The notes beneath the pieces are model-generated. The model worked only from the letters and a program-made list of their open reading frames with translations, was not told where the DNA came from and made no database searches. Of a stretch of DNA of 64,000 nucleotides, positions 36,196-45,210 are shown in pieces. Every line of letters begins with the position of its first letter. Position 1 is the stretch's first letter. The translations under genes and the position numbers were made by a program. Source of the stretch: Gemmatimonadales bacterium (GTDB lineage Bacteria > Gemmatimonadota > Gemmatimonadetes > Gemmatimonadales > GWC2-71-9); contig DASYRI010000111.1 in assembly GCA_036004545.1 (NCBI GenBank), forward strand, positions 16,033 through 80,032. Reading direction: 5' to 3'.

Positions 36196-36312
36196 GGGGG
36201 CTGGGGAGCTGGGGAGCTAGGGGGCTAGGAGGAAGTGCCCGAGCTCCCTAGTTCCCTAGTCCCCTAGCTCCCTAGTTCCCTAGCTCCCTAGCTCCCTAGC
36301 CCCTAGCTCCCT
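36196..36312. repeat. inverted arrays of GGGAGCTAG / CTAGCTCCC octamers filling the whole intergenic gap
   Basis: Left arm 36196-36232, right arm 36241-36312 (about 9 units). The right arm includes the TAG stop of the GMC gene. Confidence 0.9.
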
Positions 36313-37799
36313 GCGTCAGCCAGCACGCCCTCCGCGACCCGGTCGGCCAGCGCCATGATCGTGAGATACGGGTTGATCTCCAGCGCGTCGGGGAAGAGGC
36401 TCGCGTCGGCCACCCGAAGCCACGGCCGGCCGTGCACCCGTCCCCACCCGTCGGTCACCGAGCCGGCCGGGTCGCCACCCATCGCGGAGCCGCCCATGAG
36501 ATGAGCCGCGGAGACCGAGATCGTGCCGGTGCGGAAGTGGCGGGCGTGAATCCGCTCCTCTACCCGGTCGGCCTCCCATGCCTCCAGGAGCGGCGGCTCC
36601 GCCTCCGGCGCGTGCACCCGGACCGCGCCCGCGGCGAAGAAGATCCTTGCGGCGGCGCGGGTGGCGCGGACCATCGCCTCGATCACCGCGGGAGTGAACC
36701 GGTAGTGCACCACCGGCCGGCCCCGGCGGTCGATGGTGATCCGGTTCTCCGGGATCGTCTTATCGCACGCCAGGACCAGGATCATCTGCAGCCGCGGAAA
36801 GGCCCCCATGAGCGCGCTGTGCGGCGCGCCGAAGCCGGTCAGGTTCTTCGCGGTGATGAAGGGGAAGTACATGCAGGTCTCCAGGACGTACCCCTCCTCC
36901 GCCCCGCGGTCCACGAAGAAGCTCTTCGGGTGCCCCACGTCGTTGCTGAGCGGCCGGAGATGCTCGGCCACCAGGATGTGGGCCGGATGGCAGGTGAACC
37001 CGGCCCCCACGCCGCGCGGAAGGCCCGGCAGCGCACTGCGGAGGAGGAGCGGTGGCGTGCCGAGCGCGCCGGCCGCGAGGACGACCTGGTCGGCTTCGAC
37101 GAGGTACTCGCCGGGGGCCCACTCGGGGTCGGCGCCCTTGCCGCCCGCGGGCCGGGGCGACACGACCACCCGCAGCCGGCGCTCCTCGACGCGGGTGACT
37201 TCGGCGCGGGTCACCACCAGGACGCCCTGCCGCTCCGCGCTCGGCAGCTGGACCCGGTCGGTACCCTGCTTGGCCGCGTTGGGACAGCCGAGGTTGCAGA
37301 GACTCGAGCCGCGGCAGCCCTTGAGGTTGAGCGGGAACTGCTCGGCGCGGTACCCCGCCTTCGACGCGCCCTCCACGAAGCGCCGGTTGTTCTCGTTGAG
37401 CAGGTCCGGCTCGAGCAGATGGACGTTGTTCTCCGCAAAGTACTTCCGGGAGCGCCGCTCGATGTCGGCGTGGGTGAGGCCGGGGACGCTCCACGCCCGG
37501 ATCACCCGCTCCGGCGCGATGAGCGAGGTTCCCGTATAGACGAGGGTTGAGCCGCCGTAGCCGTGCGCGAAGGCGAGGGTCATGGCGCCGTCGGCGGTGA
37601 GGAAGCCGCCCTCGTCGGCGTAGAGCGCGCTCGACATCTCGAGCTCCCGCCCGGTGAAGTCCTCGTCGCGGAAGCGGGGCCCCCGCTCGAACACCAGCAC
37701 GCGCTTCCCCTGGGCAACCAGCGGTGCAAGGGCTTGCGCGACGGTGCCGCCGCCCGCGCCCGAGCCCACGATCGCCACCGCGCAGCGCTCGGTCGTCAC
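36303..37799 (-). CDS. GMC-family FAD oxidoreductase
   Basis: VAIVGSGAGGG Rossmann motif and the C-terminal GMC signature region (AHLMGGSAMG...DASLFP). The GTG start overlaps the upstream stop (GTGA 37796-37799). The remaining 580 codons of the 1080-aa track ORF are rejected. Confidence 0.85.
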   Translation of the reverse strand: MTTERCAVAIVGSGAGGGTVAQALAPLVAQGKRVLVFERGPRFRDEDFTGRELEMSSALYADEGGFLTADGAMTLAFAHGYGGSTLVYTGTSLIAPERVIRAWSVPGLTHADIERRSRKYFAENNVHLLEPDLLNENNRRFVEGASKAGYRAEQFPLNLKGCRGSSLCNLGCPNAAKQGTDRVQLPSAERQGVLVVTRAEVTRVEERRLRVVVSPRPAGGKGADPEWAPGEYLVEADQVVLAAGALGTPPLLLRSALPGLPRGVGAGFTCHPAHILVAEHLRPLSNDVGHPKSFFVDRGAEEGYVLETCMYFPFITAKNLTGFGAPHSALMGAFPRLQMILVLACDKTIPENRITIDRRGRPVVHYRFTPAVIEAMVRATRAAARIFFAAGAVRVHAPEAEPPLLEAWEADRVEERIHARHFRTGTISVSAAHLMGGSAMGGDPAGSVTDGWGRVHGRPWLRVADASLFPDALEINPYLTIMALADRVAEGVLADAGS

Positions 37800-38200
37800 C
37801 GGCGGGCGTCCCACCCCGCGGGGCTCGCCCGGTAGCCGAGGGCGGCGCTGACCGCGGGCTGGGTGTACCAGCCCAGCATCACCAGCGTGCGGACGCCCCA
37901 GACGCCCTGGCGGACGGGCGGCAGCGATGAACGGGCCGCTCGTTCGAGGAACGCCGAGCGACGCGCGGCGTCGAGTGCGGCGAGGCCCCGGCCGTGGCGA
38001 AGCCAGGCGCCGAGGTCGAGAAGGCGGAGAAAGAGGCGCAGCCGGCGCCGGAGGGCCGCGGGCCGGGCCGCCAGGGCGCCCTCCACCGTCGCCTCGAGCG
38101 CGGCCCATTCCGCGGGGCCGGCGGAGGCGGTCTCGGGGACGAAAGTGGCTGCGAGGGCGCGGAACCGGGGCCGGGAGGAGGGGGTGATGAAGGTCTCCAA
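37796..38200 (-). CDS. small accessory subunit (gluconate-2-dehydrogenase subunit-3-like)
   Basis: Translationally coupled directly upstream of the GMC enzyme. Only weak family resemblance. Confidence 0.5.
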   Translation of the reverse strand: METFITPSSRPRFRALAATFVPETASAGPAEWAALEATVEGALAARPAALRRRLRLFLRLLDLGAWLRHGRGLAALDAARRSAFLERAARSSLPPVRQGVWGVRTLVMLGWYTQPAVSAALGYRASPAGWDARR

Positions 38201-38273
38201 GGCCCGAAGCTAGCGCACGCTTGCCGGGGCGGAAAGTGCGGCCTAGCTTGCCGCGAGAGACCGTGGAGGGTTC

Positions 38274-39536
38274 ATGTCCGGCACGATCGCGCCCAGCAGA
38301 GTTCCCCCGCTCGGGGCCGCCCCTCCGGTGGCTTCGGCGCCGCCGGCGGCTTCGCGTGCACCGGCGGTGGTGCGCACCGGCTACGCGGTCATCGCGGCCG
38401 CCGCGATGATAGCCATCGGACTCACCTGGGACATCGCCTGGCACCGGAGCGTGGGGCGCGACACCTTCTGGACCGCGCCGCACGTCGTCGAATACCTCGC
38501 GGCGCTGCTCGTCGGTGCGAGCTGCGGCGGGCTCATCCTGCGGAGCAGTTTCGTCGCGGGCGGCACGGGCCGCGAGCAGATGGTCCGCGTCTGGGGGTTC
38601 CGCGGCCCGTTCGGCGCCTGGGTCTCGGTGTGGGGGAGCCTCGCGATGCTCACCTCCGCGCCGTTCGACAACTGGTGGCACAACGCCTACGGCCTCGACG
38701 TCAAGATCGTGAGCCCGCCGCACATCCTGCTCCTGCTCGGCATGATCGGGATCGTGGCGGGGGCGATGCTCATGGCGCTGGCGGAGCAGAACCGCGCCAC
38801 CGACCGGGCGGCCCCCGCCCCGGCGGGGCAGGGGAGCCGCATCGCGGGCGAATTCGCGCCGGCGTTCGCGATCGCCTCCGGAATCCTTCTCCTCATGGTC
38901 GCGACCGCGACGTTCGAATACACCGGTTTCCCGAACCTCTGGCGGAGCCGGCTCTTTTACCAGATCTCCGCCGCGCTCTTCCCCCTGGTCCTCGCGGCGG
39001 CCGCCCGCGCCGGCCGGCTCCGCTGGCCCGCCACCGCGACCGCGGCGGTGTTCATGGGCGCGAGCCTGGTGATGAGCTGGGTCCTCCAGAATGTTCCGGC
39101 TGCTCCCAAGCTCGCGCCGATCAACAATCCGATCGAGCACCTGGTGCCGGCGCCGTTCCCGGTGGTGCTGGTGGTGCCCGCGCTGGTGTTCGATCTCCTC
39201 CACCGGTGGCTGGGCGACCGTCGCGACTGGCGGCTCTCCGCGCTGCTCGGCCTGGGGTTCGTGCTGTCGCTGCTCGCGATCAGCTGGCCGATGTCCACCT
39301 TCCTGCTCTCCCCCGCGGCTCGGAACCCCGTCTTCCTCGCAGACCAGTGGGACTACACCGCACGGCTTGGGCCCTGGCGTTACGAATTCTGGGATGACCT
39401 CCGCACCGGGGCCCGGGCGCTCCGGGCCGGAGGGGCCGCCCTCGGCAAGCCGCTCGCGATCGCGGTGGTGCTCGCCTTCGTCTCGGCCCGGCTCGGGCTC
39501 TGGTGGGGCGGGTGGATGCGGCGGGTCAGACGGTAG
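38274..39536 (+). CDS. polytopic membrane protein, unknown function
   Basis: GGAGGG upstream of the ATG, at least 8 hydrophobic segments, and Trp/His-rich motifs (WDIAWHRS, FDNWWHNAYGLD). Confidence 0.65.
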   Translation: MSGTIAPSRVPPLGAAPPVASAPPAASRAPAVVRTGYAVIAAAAMIAIGLTWDIAWHRSVGRDTFWTAPHVVEYLAALLVGASCGGLILRSSFVAGGTGREQMVRVWGFRGPFGAWVSVWGSLAMLTSAPFDNWWHNAYGLDVKIVSPPHILLLLGMIGIVAGAMLMALAEQNRATDRAAPAPAGQGSRIAGEFAPAFAIASGILLLMVATATFEYTGFPNLWRSRLFYQISAALFPLVLAAAARAGRLRWPATATAAVFMGASLVMSWVLQNVPAAPKLAPINNPIEHLVPAPFPVVLVVPALVFDLLHRWLGDRRDWRLSALLGLGFVLSLLAISWPMSTFLLSPAARNPVFLADQWDYTARLGPWRYEFWDDLRTGARALRAGGAALGKPLAIAVVLAFVSARLGLWWGGWMRRVRR

Positions 39537-39634
39537 AACGGTCAACGGTCAGCGGTCAACGGAACCTGCCTTGCACGCAGAGATCGGCGCGCACGGGGCT
39601 GTTCCCGTTGACCGTTGACCGTTGACTGTTGACG
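39536..39634. repeat. inverted GTCAACGG / CCGTTGAC arms with a ~41-nt spacer
   Basis: 39536-39562 versus 39604-39634, directly after the stop of the 38274..39536 gene. Confidence 0.9.
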
Positions 39635-39658
39635 TAGTTCTTCTGCGGGGGAGAGACG

Positions 39659-41191
39659 ATGTCTCGTCGTGCCAGGATCATCGCCGGCGCAACAGCGCTC
39701 GCCCTGCTCACGTCCGCCCACGTCGGCTCGCCCGACACCTGGTTCGAGGGCGCGGCGGGGCCGTACCCGGTCCGCATCGTGGTGCGCTCGCCGGGCGTGA
39801 TCCCTGGTCTCGCCGACGTCGTGGTCAGCGTCACCAGCTTCGAGCAGAGCGTGACCGCGGTCACCGCGAGCCCCGCCGCCTACAATGCCACCGATCCGAC
39901 CCGCATCCCACCCGCCGACACCGCCCGCGCGGTACCCGGCCGGCCCGGGAGCTGGACGGTGCCGCTCTGGATCATGATCCCCGGATCCTACGGCGTGCGG
40001 GTCACGGTGGCGGGCGCTCGTGGCACCGGCACCGCCATCGTCCCGGTCTCCGCCACCGCCACCCGCGTCCTCGGCATGGACCGGAAGCTGGGCTGGCTCC
40101 TCGGGGCGCTGGGCGTCTTTCTGCTGGTGGGCGCGGTGACCATCGTCGGCGCCGCCGTGCGGGAGAGCGTGCTCGCGCCGGGCGAGGCCCCCGATACCCG
40201 GCGCCGGAAGCGCGCCCGCTTCGCCATGGGCGGCGGAGGGGTGGTGCTGCTCGCGCTGCTCGGCGGCGGTAAGACCTGGTGGAACGCCGAGGACCGCGGG
40301 TATCGCAGAGGCCTGGACCGGCGCTGGACCGCCACGGCGGAGGTGGTGAGCCCGGCCGACGCGCCGCGGCTCCGGTTTTCCATCGCCGATTCGGTGTGGC
40401 GGGGCCGGAGCTGGCTGGATCGCGCCTCGACGCCGCTCATCCCCGACCACGGGAAGCTCATGCACCTCTTCCTGGTCAAGGAGGACGACGCCGGGGCATT
40501 CGCCCACCTCCATCCGGTCTCTACCGATACCGCCACCTTCGAGTCGCCGCTCCCGCCGCTCCCGCCCGGGCGGTACCGGGCCTTCGCGGACATCACCCAC
40601 GAGAGCGGATTCGCGCGGACGCTGGTCGCGAGCGTCGAGCTCCCGGGTGGCGGGCCCCCGGTCCCGACTCCCGCTCCCGGGTCACCGGCCGGCGCCGGCG
40701 ACCCCGACGACGCCTGGTTCACCGGGCTCCCAACCGATTCCGTCGCTTCGCTCGCGGGCGGCGGGTCCCTCATCTGGGAGGCGAAGCCCGGCCGCCTCAC
40801 GGCGAACGACGACGCCCGCCTCCACTTCCTGGTGCGCGAGGCGGACGGCTCGGTGGGCCGGGTGGAGCCGTACCTCGGCATGGCGGGCCACGCCGTCGTG
40901 ATGCGCGAGGATGGACAGGTGTACGTGCACTTGCACCCGATGGGGACCATCTCCGCGGCCGCGGAGGTGGCCCTCCGCGCGCGGTTGCCTTCCGACACCG
41001 CGTGGGGCATGCTCGGCCGGAGGCTCACCGCGAGCGGCGCGCTCGGCGCCGGCGCGGGACACGACATGACGTTCGATGGGCGGATCGGCTTCCCCTACGC
41101 GTTCCCCGATGCGGGGGTCTATCGGGTGTGGGTGCAGGTGCGGCGTAAGGGCGTCGTCGAGACCGCCGCCTTTCGAGTCACGGTGTACTGA
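39659..41191 (+). CDS. hypothetical exported/membrane protein with His-rich motifs
   Basis: Signal peptide ending ...LLTSA|HVGSP, two central TM segments, and a C-terminal domain with AHLHP and VHLHPMG. Confidence 0.65.
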   Translation: MSRRARIIAGATALALLTSAHVGSPDTWFEGAAGPYPVRIVVRSPGVIPGLADVVVSVTSFEQSVTAVTASPAAYNATDPTRIPPADTARAVPGRPGSWTVPLWIMIPGSYGVRVTVAGARGTGTAIVPVSATATRVLGMDRKLGWLLGALGVFLLVGAVTIVGAAVRESVLAPGEAPDTRRRKRARFAMGGGGVVLLALLGGGKTWWNAEDRGYRRGLDRRWTATAEVVSPADAPRLRFSIADSVWRGRSWLDRASTPLIPDHGKLMHLFLVKEDDAGAFAHLHPVSTDTATFESPLPPLPPGRYRAFADITHESGFARTLVASVELPGGGPPVPTPAPGSPAGAGDPDDAWFTGLPTDSVASLAGGGSLIWEAKPGRLTANDDARLHFLVREADGSVGRVEPYLGMAGHAVVMREDGQVYVHLHPMGTISAAAEVALRARLPSDTAWGMLGRRLTASGALGAGAGHDMTFDGRIGFPYAFPDAGVYRVWVQVRRKGVVETAAFRVTVY

Positions 41192-41195
41192 GCAT

Positions 41196-41310
41196 CAGGC
41201 GGACAGGCAGTCGGGCGGACAGGCGGTCAGGCGGTCAGGCGGACAGGCGGTCAGTTAGTCCGTCGGTTCACCATTTCCGCCCTTCCGCCTATCCGCCGTT
41301 CCGCCTTTCC
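41196..41310. repeat. GGCGGACAG/GGCGGTCAG array followed by an inverted TTCCGCC-type array
   Basis: 41196-41254 and 41276-41310, between the 39659..41191 stop and the kinase start. Confidence 0.85.
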
Positions 41311-41350
41311 CGTAGATTCCGGGGCTCCCACACCAGAGCCTTCCACCTCC

Positions 41351-43861
41351 GTGCCGACCGATCTTCGTTCGGATCTGCAGGCCACGCTTGGCTCCGGCTT
41401 CCGGGTCACCCGGGAGCTGGCCGGCGGGGGCATGTCGCGGGTCTTCGTCGCCGAGGAGGAGCTCCTCCAGCGCGAGATCGTGGTGAAGCTGCTCCCGCCC
41501 GACCTCATGGCGGGGTTGAGCGTCCAGCGCTTCCAGGCCGAGATCCAGCACGCCGCGCGCCTGCAGCATCCCCACATCGTCCCGGTTCTGTCGGCCGGCA
41601 TCGTCGAGTACGAGGGGGGCACCCGGGGCCCCTTCTACACCATGCCGTACATCCGTGGGCAGACGCTGCGCGCCCGGCTGGAGCGCGACGGCGCCCTGCC
41701 GCCGGACGAAGTTCGGCGCATCCTGCTCGACATCGTGGACGCGCTCACCCATGCGCACGACGCCGGTATCGTGCACCGCGACATCAAGCCGGACAACGTC
41801 TTCCTGGTGGGCAGGAACGCCCTCGTCACCGATTTCGGCGTCTCCAAGGCGCTGATGCCGACCCCGGGGGCGGTCCAGGTGACGGGGGTCGGCGTGGCCC
41901 TGGGGACCCCGGGCTACATGGCGCCGGAGCAGGCCGCGGCGGACTCGAGCCTCGACCACCGGGCGGACATCTACGCCATCGGGGTGCTGGCCTACGAGCT
42001 GCTCTCCGGGCGGCGGCCCTTCGAGGGGAGCTCGATCCAGGAGCTGCTGGTGGCGCAGGCGGTCGCGACGCCGGTCCCGCTGCTCGAGCTCCGCCCAGCG
42101 GTGCAGCCGGAGCTGGTGGCGATCGTGATGCGCTGCCTGGAAAAGCGCCCCCAGGACCGCTTCGGCACCGCCCACGAGCTGCAGGCCGCTCTCGAGGCGC
42201 TGCCCTCCGGCACCCACTCGAACGCGGGGATTCCGGTTCCGATCGCCACCACGCGGCGGCCGTTGCTCGGCTGGGCGGCGGCGGTGGTACTCGCGGCCGC
42301 GCTGCTGCTCGCCACGGGCTGGGCGCTCCGCCGCCGGTCGGCCGGTGTCGCGGCCGCCGCCGGGACAATCCACGACGCGTCGGTGGCGGTGCTCCCGCCG
42401 GAATACTTCCGGCCCGACTCCGCGGTCGCAGCGACTCTGGCCGACCTGGTGGACCGGATCAGCAACGACTTGAGCCGGATCGAGGGGCTCCGGGTGGTCA
42501 ACTACATGTCGGTCGGCGCGCTGCTCCGGCGCGGCAGCACCCCGACGCTCAAGGATCTGGGCACGGCGCTCGGGGTCGAGCATTTCGTGCTGTTCGTCCC
42601 CCGCCGCACCGGCCGCGGGGCGGAGGTGGCGGTGCAGCTGGTCGAGGCGCCGACCCAGGCCCAGCTGTGGGTGACCAGCTACGCCCCCGACGCGGCGAAC
42701 GTCGGGCAGATCGAGGAGGACGTCGTCTCCCGGGTGACCCACGCCATCCTGGGCCCGACCGCGCGGCTCCCGCTGCAGGCCCACGCGGCGCGCGCCCGGA
42801 GCGAGGGCGCGCACGAGCAATACCTCGCCGGCCAGCTCGCCCTCCGGCGGCGGACGGCGGAGGGCATTGCGGAGGCGATCCGGTACTTCGAGGAAGCCGT
42901 CCGGCTCGACTCGACCCACGCCCAGGCGGTGGGGCGGCTCGCCACGGCGCTCGCGCTCCAGCTGAGCTACGGCTACCGCACCACCATCCCGAGCTACCCG
43001 ACGGCGGCGCGGGCGCTCTCGCTCGCCGAGCGGGCGATGATTCTCGATCCCTCGCGGGGCGAGCCGGTCGCCTTCCGCGCCTACATCGAGTACCTCGCGT
43101 TCGCGCCGCTCTCCCGGGTGCGCGCGGATTTCGACCGCGCCGTCGCGCTGCACCCCGCCGAAGCCGACGTGGCCGGCTGGAACGCACTGGTGCTCCTGCG
43201 CGAAGGGCGGATCGAGCGCTCCCTGGCCGAAGCCCGCCGCGCGCTCGAGCTCGACCCGGTCTCATCCGCCCGGCACCTCACCCTGGCGCTCGCGGCGCTG
43301 GGCGCGCGTCGCTACGACCTCGCCGCGGTCGAGGCGCACCGCGCCAGCGAGACGGAGCCCGGCCTCCGGCGTCCCCGGCAGGTAGAGGCCCTGGCCCTGC
43401 TGCTTCAGAATCGCGGAGGCGAGTGCGCCGCGATGGATCTCTGGCCCCACCAGGGCGTCAAGGCGATGTGCCTGAGCGCCGCCGGCCGGGAAGCGGAGGC
43501 GCGCGCGCTGGTGGATTCGCTTCGCCGTGCCGCGGCCGGGCCGGACCAGGCCGGTCCCGGCTACTCCGACGCCGTGCCGGTGCAGGAGCTGGCGATCTAC
43601 TACGGGTGGACGGCCAACGGGCCCGAAGCGCTGCGCTATCTCCGGCTGGCGTTCGAGCGCTCGCCGGTGGGGGTGGACCAGCGGATCGTGCAATCGGGGG
43701 TATTCGACCGGATCCGCCGGGTCACCGGGTTCGGGCGGGAGCTCGAGGACCTCCAGAACGCGGTCTGGCCCCGGGTGCTGGAGCAGCGGCGGCGGCTCGA
43801 TGCCGCGGCCGGCACGACGCCGTTCGGGTTCCGGTCCGATTCCGAGAGGCCGGTCGGCTGA
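41351..43861 (+). CDS. Ser/Thr protein kinase with TM and C-terminal TPR-like region
   Basis: GGGMSRVF, VVK, HRDIKPDN, DFG and APE motifs. GTG start. Confidence 0.9.
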   Translation: MPTDLRSDLQATLGSGFRVTRELAGGGMSRVFVAEEELLQREIVVKLLPPDLMAGLSVQRFQAEIQHAARLQHPHIVPVLSAGIVEYEGGTRGPFYTMPYIRGQTLRARLERDGALPPDEVRRILLDIVDALTHAHDAGIVHRDIKPDNVFLVGRNALVTDFGVSKALMPTPGAVQVTGVGVALGTPGYMAPEQAAADSSLDHRADIYAIGVLAYELLSGRRPFEGSSIQELLVAQAVATPVPLLELRPAVQPELVAIVMRCLEKRPQDRFGTAHELQAALEALPSGTHSNAGIPVPIATTRRPLLGWAAAVVLAAALLLATGWALRRRSAGVAAAAGTIHDASVAVLPPEYFRPDSAVAATLADLVDRISNDLSRIEGLRVVNYMSVGALLRRGSTPTLKDLGTALGVEHFVLFVPRRTGRGAEVAVQLVEAPTQAQLWVTSYAPDAANVGQIEEDVVSRVTHAILGPTARLPLQAHAARARSEGAHEQYLAGQLALRRRTAEGIAEAIRYFEEAVRLDSTHAQAVGRLATALALQLSYGYRTTIPSYPTAARALSLAERAMILDPSRGEPVAFRAYIEYLAFAPLSRVRADFDRAVALHPAEADVAGWNALVLLREGRIERSLAEARRALELDPVSSARHLTLALAALGARRYDLAAVEAHRASETEPGLRRPRQVEALALLLQNRGGECAAMDLWPHQGVKAMCLSAAGREAEARALVDSLRRAAAGPDQAGPGYSDAVPVQELAIYYGWTANGPEALRYLRLAFERSPVGVDQRIVQSGVFDRIRRVTGFGRELEDLQNAVWPRVLEQRRRLDAAAGTTPFGFRSDSERPVG

Positions 43862-43920
43862 GCGAACGGCGGGGTCAGTAGCGCAAGCCGGAAGCGCACG
43901 TCGCGGGCGGCAGTTGCGGG

Positions 43921-44230
43921 TCAGGTCGTGCCGTTCCCGGCAGGGGCTCTAGGGCTGGCGCCGGCGGGCTCCGGCACGTTGTTCTTTCGTCTCCCGAAGT
44001 ACCGCTTGAAGGCCGCGGCCGCGGCCGCGGCCGCGGCGGCGAGGCCGAGGAGAATGAATTTCTTCAACGCGAGGATGGCGACCCACACCACTTTGAAGAA
44101 TCCGGCTTTGACGGCCGCCGCTCCGGCGATCAGGCCCACGACGCCGTACGTGGCGGCTTTGTCCTTCCCGGGGAGGTAGTCGGCGTAGCGGTGCCCTTCG
44201 TTGAAGTCTACCGCCGCCAGGACTGCAGCT
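43921..44230 (-). pseudogene. 3' remnant of a DUF2167-like membrane-anchored protein gene
   Basis: Only the C-terminal ~100 aa (FNEGHRYADYLPGKDKAATYGVVGLIAGAAAVKAG...FKRYFGRRK) resemble the family as I remember it. Upstream in-frame sequence is unrelated, and composition changes at about 44230. Confidence 0.5.
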
Positions 44231-44435
44231 CCGGAGGACGTTGCTGGCACGGTAGGCGTTATGGTGCGGGTCGGGTAACACGGCGCTGCATCCGCGAGGC
44301 GGGTGGGGCGTTTTTCGTGTCCGACACTGTTCGAGGTCACAAGTTTGGGTGACGAAAATGAGTCAGTCCGTCTGACTTGACAAATTGGCGGAATTCCGTT
44401 ACCGGTGGCCCGAATTCCCGACGGGGGCATTCCTA

Positions 44436-45167
44436 ATGAGATCCTTCGTCACCATGATGATCCTCCTCCTGTTCTCCTCGGGCTGCGGCACCGATTCGAT
44501 GTCTACCCCTCCTGAAGGCAGGAAGCCCCGGTTCGACGTCGACCCATCCAAGGTGACGATCCCGTCCGACGCGACGGCGAGGGACCTCCTCGAGCGACAA
44601 GTAATAGAACAAATCACCGCCCGTGTGAAACCCAAGGAGCAAGCCGCCGTCCTCGAAGCGATTCGCGACGATCGCCGGGGGCGAGCATGGGCTGTCTATG
44701 GCGACAAAGAACTCAGCCGGCTCTTCTCGGTTCTGTATGCGATCCGTGACGCCCGTGCGGACGAAGAAGGCATGCGGAGTCGGCGGGCGCTCGCGTCCTC
44801 CCAGGAGGCGAACGTGCTCGTCGCTGTTGTCGAGTCCTTTCCTGAACCCTCCGTTTTTGCGCAGGTCACCCGCTCGACGGGTCCGCACGCCAGAAATGTG
44901 GTTCTCATTCGGCGAAGTGCGCTCTCGCCAGCGCGGCTTGCGACCGCGCTCGAGGCCGTGTCCGAGTCCCGCCGAATGGACGGGGACTTCCCACGGGAGG
45001 AGCGCATCGTCCTGCTCCGAGACTCGGGTCCCGTCGCACCGACCGTGCATGCCGCGAGAGCCGCCACGATCATTTCCAAACTGCGTTCAGGCGCCCTGCG
45101 GGAGGTGCCTGGGCACGGCACGCTGGTGGCGACCGAGGTGACCCTGCCTCCCGAACCGCGGCGCTAA
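44436..45167 (+). CDS. orphan lipoprotein (cassette gene 1)
   Basis: Lipobox LLLFSSGC and ATG at 44436. No known domain. The C-terminal ~115 aa resemble cassette gene 3. Confidence 0.6.
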   Translation: MRSFVTMMILLLFSSGCGTDSMSTPPEGRKPRFDVDPSKVTIPSDATARDLLERQVIEQITARVKPKEQAAVLEAIRDDRRGRAWAVYGDKELSRLFSVLYAIRDARADEEGMRSRRALASSQEANVLVAVVESFPEPSVFAQVTRSTGPHARNVVLIRRSALSPARLATALEAVSESRRMDGDFPREERIVLLRDSGPVAPTVHAARAATIISKLRSGALREVPGHGTLVATEVTLPPEPRR

Positions 45168-45210
45168 CGCCCTCGTCGATCAGGAAAGCGAATAGAACCG
45201 GAGCCGAACC

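Noticed and set aside
36196-36312. CRISPR array hypothesis for the tandem-repeat blocks (also 53553-53625 and 7646-7790).
   Set aside because: The repeat period is 7-8 nt with no unique spacers, the units are imperfect, and no cas genes are present. These are short-period tandem or inverted repeats, not CRISPRs.
37800-39545. The N-terminal 580 codons of the 1080-aa ORF 36303..39545.
   Set aside because: Only the last 498 aa are GMC-oxidoreductase-like. The upstream part is Arg/Pro-rich. It overlaps the coupled small-subunit gene (37796..38200) and is antisense to the credible membrane protein 38274..39536.
44018-44045. The GCC/GCG trinucleotide run as a stand-alone microsatellite.
   Set aside because: It lies in frame within the DUF2167-like remnant and encodes an Ala9 stretch in its membrane anchor region, so I do not treat it as a separate element.
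44231-44430. The N-terminal part of the ORF 43921..44430 as genuine coding sequence.
   Set aside because: It is unrelated to the DUF2167-like C-terminal part, crosses the compositional breakpoint, and has no plausible start context.
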